A stretch of 10,395 nt of DNA from the NCBI GenBank assembly GCA_016184305.1, contig JACPCX010000101.1, positions 1 through 10,395 of the forward strand, given 5' to 3'. Made by a program: the position numbers and the translations under genes. The notes beneath the pieces are model-generated. The model did not search any database. It was not told where the DNA came from and saw only the letters and a list, made by a program, of their open reading frames with translations. Position 1 is the stretch's first letter. Each line of letters starts with the position of its first letter. Source of the stretch: Candidatus Rokuibacteriota bacterium (lineage in GTDB: Bacteria; Methylomirabilota; Methylomirabilia; Rokubacteriales; CSP1-6). Of the stretch, positions 1-6,364 are shown one piece after another.

Positions 1-1128
1 AAGTTCCACGACGTGTGTCTGCGGGACGGCGAGCAGCAGGCCGGCGTGGAGTTCACCCCAGCCGAGAAGGTGCGCCTGGCCACCCTGCTGGCCGAGGCGG
101 GGGTGCACCGGATCGAGGCCGGCATGCCGGCGGTCTCTCCGGCGGACGCCAAGGCCATCAAGGAGATCGTGAAGCGGAACCTGCCCGCCGAGATCTTCGC
201 CTTCTCCCGCTGCATGAAGGAGGACGTGAAGCGGGTGGTGGACACGGGCGTGAAGGGCATCGTGATGGAGGTCCCCTCCAGCGAACACATCATCGAGTAC
301 GCCTACAAGTGGACCCTCGATCAGGCCGTCGAGGCCAGCATCGAGGCCACGCAGTACGCCAAGTCGCAGGGCCTGTACGTCGTGTTCTTCCCCATCGACG
401 CCTCCCGGGCCGATATGAGCTGGTACTTGAAGATCATCGAGCAGGTGGCCACCCAGGGGCACATGGACGCCCTGGCATTGGTGGACACCTTCGGCGTGCT
501 GTCGCCGCACGCCGTCCGGTACTTTGTGCGCCACACCCGCGAGCGGATCAAGAAGCCCCTGGAAACCCATTTCCACATGGACTTCGGCATGGGTGTGGCC
601 AACACGGTGATCGCGGTGGCGGAGGGCGCCGAGGTGATCCACTCCACCATCTCCGGCATCGGGGAGCGGGCCGGCAACGCGCCCACCGAGGACACGCTCC
701 TGGCCTTGCTCACCATGTACGGGGTGGACACGGGCATCAAGACCGAGCGCCTCACCAAGCTGTCCCGGTACGTGCGGAAGATCGCCAGGATCGCCATGCC
801 CGCCAACCGGCAGATCGTGGGGGACACGCTCTTCGACATCGAGTCCGGGATCATCGCGACCTGGTACAAGAACGCGGCCAGGGACCACTTCCTGGAGGTG
901 TTCCCGTTCCACCCGAAGCTGGTGGGGCAGCGGATGCCCCGCGTGGTGCTGGGAAAGAACAGCGGCCTCGACTCCATCCGGATGCACCTGGAGCGGATCC
1001 GCGTCAAGGCCACCGAGGACCAGGTGACCGACATCCTCATGCGGGTCAAATCCGCCTCCCTGAAGAAGAAGGGCCTCCTCGACGACAAGGAGTTCCGCAG
1101 GATCGTGAAACAGGTCGTGCCGCGATGA
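1..1128 (+). CDS. DRE-TIM metallolyase / pyruvate carboxyltransferase family enzyme (homocitrate/citramalate/isopropylmalate synthase-like, no C-terminal LeuA regulatory domain); 5' end lies outside the window
   Basis: Frame is open from base 1 (KFHDVCLRDGEQQ, matching the DxTLRDGxQ motif). It also has IEAG, LVDTFG, the metal-binding HxH (THFHMDFG) and GERAGNA. It ends after a short helical tail, and the stop overlaps the next ATG (ATGA at 1125-1128). Confidence 0.88.
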   Translation, partial: KFHDVCLRDGEQQAGVEFTPAEKVRLATLLAEAGVHRIEAGMPAVSPADAKAIKEIVKRNLPAEIFAFSRCMKEDVKRVVDTGVKGIVMEVPSSEHIIEYAYKWTLDQAVEASIEATQYAKSQGLYVVFFPIDASRADMSWYLKIIEQVATQGHMDALALVDTFGVLSPHAVRYFVRHTRERIKKPLETHFHMDFGMGVANTVIAVAEGAEVIHSTISGIGERAGNAPTEDTLLALLTMYGVDTGIKTERLTKLSRYVRKIARIAMPANRQIVGDTLFDIESGIIATWYKNAARDHFLEVFPFHPKLVGQRMPRVVLGKNSGLDSIRMHLERIRVKATEDQVTDILMRVKSASLKKKGLLDDKEFRRIVKQVVPR

Positions 1129-2054
1129 AGATCGTTCGCTTCTCCCAGAGTGGCCTCGCGCCACGCCTGGGCTGCTTCCTCGGGCAGGACCGCGTGATGG
1201 ATCTGGCCGCGACGGGCGCCACCCACCTGGCCGCCAAGGGCGTGGTCCGCGCCGGGGAGATCGCGGCAACGCTGTTCCCGCAGAGTACCCGCGGCTTCCT
1301 CGAGGGTGGGGTCGTCAGCCAGGACATGCTCGCCGCGATGATGGCCGCGATCAAGGCCGGGACGCTGGACCCGGTCGCTCACGTGGCCGGCTCCGTCCGG
1401 CTGCACGCGCCCATCGCCGATCCCGGCAAGTTCATCTGCATCGGCCTGAACTACCGGGACCACGCCGCCGAGGGGGGCACCCCCGTGCCGAAGCAGCCGC
1501 CGATCTTCCCCAAGTGGGCCAACGCCATCCTCGACCCCGGCGAGCCCATCCTGAGGCCGCGCGGCGAGACGACGCTCGACTGGGAGGTGGAGCTCGGCGT
1601 CGTCATCGGAACCACCGCCCGACACGTCCCGAGGGCGCAGGCCCTCGACCACGTCTTCGGCTACACGATCGTCAACGACGCGAGCGCGCGCGACTTCCAG
1701 TTCCACACGAGCCAGTGGGCCTCGGGCAAGATCGGCGACACGCTGGCCCCGGTGGGCCCGTACATCGCCGATACGGCCGAGATCCCTGACCCGCACGTGC
1801 TCGAGCTCAAGACCTGGGTCAACGGCAGCCTCATGCAGCACGGGACCACGCGCAACTTCATCTTCGACATCGGCTACCTCATCGAGTACCTGTCGAGCAT
1901 CATGACGCTCGATCCCGGCGATCTCATCGCCACGGGCACCCCCGCCGGGGTCGGCTTCTCCCGCAAGCCGCCCATCGTGCTCCGGCCCGGCGACACCGTG
2001 CGGCTCGAGATCACCGGGCTCGGCACGCTCGAGAACCCGGTGCAGGACGCGTAG
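1125..2054 (+). CDS. Fumarylacetoacetate hydrolase (FAH) family protein, 309 aa
   Basis: C-terminal part of the 15..2054 ORF, with the real start at ATG 1125 (MKIVRF). Motifs: KFICIGLNY, DWEVEL, NDASARD, GKIGDT, TGTPAGVG, LEITGLGTLENPV. Confidence 0.95.
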   Translation: MKIVRFSQSGLAPRLGCFLGQDRVMDLAATGATHLAAKGVVRAGEIAATLFPQSTRGFLEGGVVSQDMLAAMMAAIKAGTLDPVAHVAGSVRLHAPIADPGKFICIGLNYRDHAAEGGTPVPKQPPIFPKWANAILDPGEPILRPRGETTLDWEVELGVVIGTTARHVPRAQALDHVFGYTIVNDASARDFQFHTSQWASGKIGDTLAPVGPYIADTAEIPDPHVLELKTWVNGSLMQHGTTRNFIFDIGYLIEYLSSIMTLDPGDLIATGTPAGVGFSRKPPIVLRPGDTVRLEITGLGTLENPVQDA

Positions 2055-2065
2055 CGCAGCCCCAT
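2002..2065 (+). repeat. 64-bp direct repeat, left copy (3' end of the FAH gene, stop codon, spacer and AT)
   Basis: ggctcgagatcaccgggctcggcacgctcgagaacccggtgcaggacgcgtagcgcagccccat matches 2900-2963 at 62/64. Mismatches are C2028/A2926 and C2043/A2941. Confidence 0.97.
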
Positions 2066-2088
2066 TGCCGGTTGCCGGCCAACGCCCC

Positions 2089-2117
2089 TTGGCAATTACT
2101 GAAAACTCAGTTATTCT
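2089..2117 (+). promoter_or_regulatory. sigma70-type promoter of the TA operon
   Basis: TTGGCA (2089-2094), 17-bp spacer, TATTCT (2112-2117), in a markedly AT-rich stretch upstream of the antitoxin. Confidence 0.65.
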
Positions 2118-2129
2118 ATAAATCAGAAT
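2094..2129. promoter_or_regulatory. Putative antitoxin operator dyads overlapping the promoter
   Basis: AATTACTGA-aaac-TCAGTTATT (2094-2115, 8/9 inverted match) and ATTCT-N7-AGAAT (2113-2129). Autorepression through promoter-overlapping dyads is standard for AbrB-type VapB antitoxins. Confidence 0.55.
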
Positions 2130-2162
2130 TTCGGACTTCTGGCTCTGGCATTGGCAAAGGTG

Positions 2163-2169
2163 AAGGAGG
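2163..2169 (+). promoter_or_regulatory. Shine-Dalgarno sequence of the antitoxin gene
   Basis: AAGGAGG lies 5 nt upstream of ATG 2175. Confidence 0.8.
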
Positions 2170-2174
2170 CTCTC

Positions 2175-2456
2175 ATGGCTCAGGTCAAATCCCTCAGCAA
2201 GCTCGTGCGGCCGCTTCCGAAAGGCCAGATTACGCTCCCCATCGAGTTCCGGCGTCGTCTGAAGATTGACGACAAGACCATCTTGAGCCTTTCGTTGAAG
2301 GGATCAACGATTGAGATTCTCCCCCTCCGACTCGCCGATCAGGAGGTTTCCCTGAGAGAATATGAGACGGATGAGATTGCCCGCTTTCTCGAAGAGGACC
2401 GCCTCGATCGGAAAACCGCCAACAAGGTCCGCCGACTCCTGGGCAAGCGTGCGTGA
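2175..2456 (+). CDS. AbrB/MazE/SpoVT-family DNA-binding antitoxin (VapB-like), 93 aa
   Basis: KGQITLPIEFRRRLKI is the AbrB swapped-hairpin signature, followed by an acidic segment (REYETDEIARFLEED). The SD supports ATG 2175 over TTG 2151. GTGA overlap with the PIN gene. Confidence 0.9.
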   Translation: MAQVKSLSKLVRPLPKGQITLPIEFRRRLKIDDKTILSLSLKGSTIEILPLRLADQEVSLREYETDEIARFLEEDRLDRKTANKVRRLLGKRA

Positions 2457-2941
2457 AGGCTGCGCCCCGCCTGTTCTGCGACGCCAGCATGCTCATCGCG
2501 TTCGCCGGCTCGAAGACCGGCGCTTCGGCGCTGGTGCTGGACCTGTGCCGACAGGGGGCCTGCGAAGCCGTCTGCAGCCGGCTTGTGCTGCTCGAAGCCG
2601 AGCGCAACATCAAAGCCAAGATGGAACCGCACGCCTTGCTCCGTTTTTATCAGGAGATTGCGTCTCTGGACCTCGAACTGGTGGAAGCACCAACCGAAGA
2701 GGACATCGCTGCCCAGCGACGGATCATCGATCCCAAGGATGCCCACGTGCTCGCCGCCGCGCTCAAGGGTAAGACCACATTCCTGCTGACTTTTGATCGC
2801 AAGCATTTCATGGTCCCAACCGTCCTTGAGGCTGGACTTCCTTTCTCGATCATGACGCCCGGGGACTTCCTTCGGTACTTGCTCAGCCAGTGGTGCTGGG
2901 GCTCGAGATCACCGGGCTCGGCACGATCGAGAACCCGGTGA
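2453..2941 (+). CDS. PIN-domain ribonuclease toxin (VapC-like), 162 aa
   Basis: The PIN acidic residues are present in LFCDAS, LLEAERN, DPKDAHVLAAA and LLTFDRKHF, followed by TPGDFL. Translationally coupled to the AbrB-type gene. The last ~14 codons run through the right-hand repeat. Confidence 0.9.
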   Translation: MKAAPRLFCDASMLIAFAGSKTGASALVLDLCRQGACEAVCSRLVLLEAERNIKAKMEPHALLRFYQEIASLDLELVEAPTEEDIAAQRRIIDPKDAHVLAAALKGKTTFLLTFDRKHFMVPTVLEAGLPFSIMTPGDFLRYLLSQWCWGSRSPGSARSRTR

Positions 2942-2963
2942 AGGACGCGTAGCGCAGCCCCAT
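2900..2963 (+). repeat. 64-bp direct repeat, right copy (orphan FAH 3' stub LEITGLGTIENPVKDA*, spacer and AT of the apgM start)
   Basis: ggctcgagatcaccgggctcggcacgatcgagaacccggtgaaggacgcgtagcgcagccccat is 62/64 identical to 2002-2065. Confidence 0.97.
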
Positions 2964-4164
2964 GGATCTGGAGCTGCTGCGGACGCTGGTCATCGGCAAC
3001 GCGACGAGGATCGTACTGTGCTCGCTCGACGGCCTGGGCGGCCTGCCCCGCCCCGGGACGGCCAGGAGCGAGCTGGGGACCGCGCGTATCCCGAACCTGC
3101 ACGCTCTGGCCGGCCGCTCGGCCTGCGGGCTGATTCGCCACGTGGGCCCGGGTATCACTCCGGGCAGCGGGCCCGGACACCTCGGGCTCTTCGGCTACGA
3201 TCCCCTGCGCTATGTCGTCGGGCGCGGGGTGCTCGAGGCGCTCGGCATCGACTTCGACCTGCGCCCGGGCGACGTCGCGGCGCGGGGGAACTTCTGTACC
3301 GTGGATGGCGACGGCCGCATCACCGACCGCCGGGCTGGACGGATCCAGACCGAGTTGTGCAACCGCCTCGTGGAGCGGCTCCGCCAGATCCGCCTGGAGG
3401 GCGTCGAGGTCCTGGTGGAGCCGGTCCGGGAGCACCGCTTCGTTCTCGTGCTGCGTGGAGCCGGGCTCTCCGGCCGCGTGTCCGAGACCGACCCGCAAGC
3501 GCTCGGCGTCCCGCCGCTCGCCGCCCTTGCGCTCGTCCCCGAGGCCGAGACCACCGCCGCCTTCGTCAACCGCTTCGTCGAGGCCGCGCGCCCGCTCCTC
3601 AAGGACGCCGCCCCGGCCAACATGCTCCTTCTGCGGGGCTTCGACCGGAAGCCCGACCTGCCCCGCTTCCCCGAGGTCTTCGGCCTCAAGGCCGCGGCCA
3701 TCGCCGCCTATCCCATGTACCGGGGGCTGGCGCGGCTCGTGGGAATGGAGGTGCTCAAGACGGGGAACACCTTCGCCGACGAGGTCACCACGCTGGGCGA
3801 GCACTGGAGCGCCTACGACTTCTTCTTCCTGCACTACAAGGACACGGACAAGGCCGGCGAGGACGGCGACTTCAACGGCAAGGTCGCGGCGCTGGAGCGC
3901 TTCGACGCCCACCTGCCGGACATCCTCAAGCTCCGGCCCGACGTGCTCGTGGTCTCCGGGGATCATGCGACGCCCTCGGTCCTCAAGGGGCACGGCTGGC
4001 AGCCGGTGCCGGCGCTCATCTGGAGCGCGTACTGTGGCGCGGATCCGGTGAGGCATTTCACCGAAAGGGCTTGCGCAGCCGGGACCCTGGGGCTCCTCGC
4101 CGCCCAGGACCTCATGCCGCTCGTGATGGCCAACGCCCTCCGGCTCACCAAGTTCGGAGCGTGA
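2962..4164 (+). CDS. apgM: 2,3-bisphosphoglycerate-independent phosphoglycerate mutase, ApgM (archaeal-type) family, 400 aa
   Basis: LDGLGG, PGSGPGHLGLFGYDP (catalytic Ser), GRGVLEALG, ARGNF, DRRAGRI, KDTDKAGEDGD, GDHATP, GHGWQPVP. Confidence 0.92.
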   Translation: MDLELLRTLVIGNATRIVLCSLDGLGGLPRPGTARSELGTARIPNLHALAGRSACGLIRHVGPGITPGSGPGHLGLFGYDPLRYVVGRGVLEALGIDFDLRPGDVAARGNFCTVDGDGRITDRRAGRIQTELCNRLVERLRQIRLEGVEVLVEPVREHRFVLVLRGAGLSGRVSETDPQALGVPPLAALALVPEAETTAAFVNRFVEAARPLLKDAAPANMLLLRGFDRKPDLPRFPEVFGLKAAAIAAYPMYRGLARLVGMEVLKTGNTFADEVTTLGEHWSAYDFFFLHYKDTDKAGEDGDFNGKVAALERFDAHLPDILKLRPDVLVVSGDHATPSVLKGHGWQPVPALIWSAYCGADPVRHFTERACAAGTLGLLAAQDLMPLVMANALRLTKFGA

Positions 4165-4185
4165 GGCCTTGCCGGCCGGCGGGAT

Positions 4186-4215
4186 TTGAGCGGCCGGCGG
4201 CTCATCTGATACAGT
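4186..4215 (+). promoter_or_regulatory. Putative sigma70 promoter (extended -10) for the M23/rhomboid genes
   Basis: TTGAGC (4186-4191), 18-bp spacer, TGaTACAGT (4207-4215). The -10 ends 8 nt before ATG 4224 and no SD is visible. Confidence 0.45.
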
Positions 4216-4223
4216 AACGGCCT

Positions 4224-5453
4224 ATGCCGCGTCTCCGCCCGGTGCTCGCAATGCTCTCACTCCTCGCGGCCTTCGTGACGGCCCTGCCGACGTCTCCCGT
4301 CGATCCGCCGCCCATTGCGGCCGTTGCGCCCGAGCCTCCAGTGCCCCCGCCGCTCGCCGTGAGTGAGATCCAGGTGCGGCGTGGCGAGACCCTCGAGGCG
4401 GCGCTTCTCCGGAGCGGCGTGCCCCGGACCGACGCCCTTGAGATGATCGCGGCCCTCCGGTCGGCGGTGAACCCGAGACGCCTGCGTCCCGGCGAGCGGC
4501 TCCTCGTCGCACGCGCGGGTTCGGGAGAGACGGCCGGCGTCACCTACTGGCGCTCACCCGCCGAGCGCCACGAGCTCACACGGGAGGCCAACCGCTGGAC
4601 GCTCGAGACCGTCCAGACGCCGGTGGAGGTCCGCATCGTCGCGGTCGCCGGTCGGCTCGAGGATTCGCTCTTCGCCAGCATCGACCGCCTGGGGGAGCAA
4701 CCCGCCCTCACGGCCGCCCTCGTGGCCCTCTTCGAGTGGGACTTCGACTTCGCCGCCGACTCCCTTCCCGGCGATCGGTTCCGGCTCCTGGTCGAGAAGC
4801 GCTACGCAGCCGGCGAGTTCCTCGGCTACGGAGACATCCTCGCCGCCCAGTACAGGACGGTGGGGCGGCCCCCGCTGACCGCCGTCGGATTCGGCGACGG
4901 AGACGGCGCGACCCTCTACTACGATGGCGCGGGACGCTCGGTGCGAAAGATGTTCCTGCGCGCCCCGCTGGACTTCACGCGCGTCACCTCCGGCTTCTCC
5001 CAGGCCCGGAAGCACCCGATCCTGGGCGGGGTGCGCCCGCATCTGGCGATCGACTACGCCGCGCCCATCGGGACGCCGGTCCGCGCGGTGGCCGACGGCG
5101 TCGTCCGGAGCGCCGGCTGGAACGGCGGCAACGGCATCAGCGTGATGATCCGGCACGCGCGAGACTACGAGACGATGTACAACCACCTCTCCGCCGCCCT
5201 GATCCGGCGGGGCGAGCGCGTGCGCCAGCGCCAGGTCATCGGGCGAGTCGGCTCCACCGGCCTGTCGACGGGCCCCCACCTGGATTACCGCGTCGCGAAG
5301 CAGGGACGGTTCGTCAACCCGCTCGCGGAGAAATTCATTCCCGGCGCGCCCGTCCCCCGCGAGCGCCGGCGGGCCTTCGAGAGCCACCGCGACACCCTGC
5401 TCCAGCGCCTCGAGCGCGAGGCCCCCTTCGCCTCTTCTCGCGACCGCTCCTGA
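4224..5453 (+). CDS. M23-family peptidoglycan DD-metalloendopeptidase (MepM/Csd3-like), 409 aa
   Basis: N-terminal hydrophobic signal/anchor, Pro-rich linker, LysM-like VRRGETL segment, HLAIDYAAPIGTPV (HxxxD), YNHLS, VGSTGLSTGPHLDYRV, VNPL. Confidence 0.93.
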   Translation: MPRLRPVLAMLSLLAAFVTALPTSPVDPPPIAAVAPEPPVPPPLAVSEIQVRRGETLEAALLRSGVPRTDALEMIAALRSAVNPRRLRPGERLLVARAGSGETAGVTYWRSPAERHELTREANRWTLETVQTPVEVRIVAVAGRLEDSLFASIDRLGEQPALTAALVALFEWDFDFAADSLPGDRFRLLVEKRYAAGEFLGYGDILAAQYRTVGRPPLTAVGFGDGDGATLYYDGAGRSVRKMFLRAPLDFTRVTSGFSQARKHPILGGVRPHLAIDYAAPIGTPVRAVADGVVRSAGWNGGNGISVMIRHARDYETMYNHLSAALIRRGERVRQRQVIGRVGSTGLSTGPHLDYRVAKQGRFVNPLAEKFIPGAPVPRERRRAFESHRDTLLQRLEREAPFASSRDRS

Positions 5454-5459
5454 GCCGCG

Positions 5460-6287
5460 GTGCTCCGCAAGACGTCGGGCTCCAGCCTCTGCTACGCCTG
5501 CGGCAAGCTCAACCGCGTGGACGCCTCCGTCTGCTTCTACTGCGGGCGGAGAAATCCCGGGCTCTGGGGCTTCGGCCCCTGGCTCGGGCGTCTCGCCGGG
5601 CGCCTCGACTTCGCCCGCATCGTCACGGTCGTCTGCATCGCCGCCTATGCGGCGTCCCTCCTGCTCGATCCGGCCGCGTCCATGCGCCCGCGGGGTATGT
5701 TCAATCTCCTGGCGCCGAGCCAAGGTGCGCTCCTGGCCCTTGGCATGACGGGCGCGTACCCCTGGCAGCTCGGGTACTGGTGGACGCTCCTGACCGCCAT
5801 CTACCTGCACGGCAGCCTGCTGCACATCGCCTTCAACCTGCTCTGGATCCATCAGCTCGCCCCGGCCGTGGAGCAGGCGTACGGGCGCTCCCGCCTCGTC
5901 CTCATCTTCACGGGGGGCGGCGTCCTCGGCTTCGTGATCTCCAACTGGGCCGGCGTGGGCACGACCATCGGCGCGTCGGGAGCCGTCTTCGGGCTGCTCG
6001 GCGCCATGGCCGCCTACGGGCGGAGCCGCGGAGGGCTTTTCGGGATGGCGGTGTTCCGCCAGTACTGGCAATGGGCCGTCGTGCTCTTCGTCATGGGCTT
6101 CCTCATGCCGGGCGTGAACAACTTCGCGCATGCGGGGGGCTTCGTCGGCGGCTACCTCACGGGGATGATCGCCGGCCACGGCGACACCCGCCTGGGGGAT
6201 GGCCTCCACCGCGCGGCCGCGACCGCAGCCGTGGCCTTGACGGCACTGGCCTTCGCCCTCGCCGTGTGGAATGCCTTTGGGGCCTGA
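5460..6287 (+). CDS. Rhomboid-family intramembrane serine protease with an N-terminal CxxC-x10-CxxC zinc ribbon, 275 aa
   Basis: HGSLLHIAFN, GASG (catalytic Ser), NNFAHAGGFVGG (catalytic His), several TM segments and CYACGKLNRVDASVCFYCG. GTG start 6 nt after the M23 stop. Confidence 0.93.
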   Translation: MLRKTSGSSLCYACGKLNRVDASVCFYCGRRNPGLWGFGPWLGRLAGRLDFARIVTVVCIAAYAASLLLDPAASMRPRGMFNLLAPSQGALLALGMTGAYPWQLGYWWTLLTAIYLHGSLLHIAFNLLWIHQLAPAVEQAYGRSRLVLIFTGGGVLGFVISNWAGVGTTIGASGAVFGLLGAMAAYGRSRGGLFGMAVFRQYWQWAVVLFVMGFLMPGVNNFAHAGGFVGGYLTGMIAGHGDTRLGDGLHRAAATAAVALTALAFALAVWNAFGA

Positions 6288-6301
6288 TCCAGGGGCTCGG
6301 A

Positions 6302-6307
6302 TATACT
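6302..6307 (+). promoter_or_regulatory. Putative -10 element upstream of the transporter/DHH/mgtE cluster
   Basis: TATACT in a GC-rich intergenic gap. Only a poor -35 candidate (TTGGGG at 6277-6282, 19-bp spacing). Confidence 0.4.
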
Positions 6308-6364
6308 CCCGGTGATGCTTCCGACCTCTCGCGCGCGCCCCTGTCCCATGGTCTCCGACGCCCC

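Larger units (their letters stand above)
2066..2963. mobile_element. 898-bp toxin-antitoxin islet bounded by direct repeats; no integrase or transposase (coordinates include one repeat copy)
   Basis: Flanked by 64-bp direct repeats. Hand-counted GC for 2101-2880 is about 58%, against about 70% or more in sampled flanking lines, with many A/T-ending codons. It interrupts an otherwise tight FAH-to-apgM junction. Confidence 0.75.

Noticed and set aside
2151..2174. TTG 2151 as the antitoxin start, and ORF 2072..2269
   Set aside because: The strong SD (AAGGAGG) precedes ATG 2175. ORF 2072..2269 runs across the promoter and has no motif support.
2002..2963. Reading the repeats as a CRISPR array, IS terminal repeats or integron attC sites
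   Set aside because: There are only two copies, in direct orientation, 898 bp apart and made of coding sequence. No cas gene, transposase, terminal inverted repeats or attC-type structure is visible.
4169..4177. TTGCCGGCC after apgM matching 2072-2080 at the islet edge
   Set aside because: A 9-bp GC-rich match is compatible with chance, and the similarity does not extend.
3018..4217. Alternative + strand ORFs 3018..4217 and 3212..4051 overlapping apgM
   Set aside because: Low-complexity off-frame translations; apgM explains the region fully.
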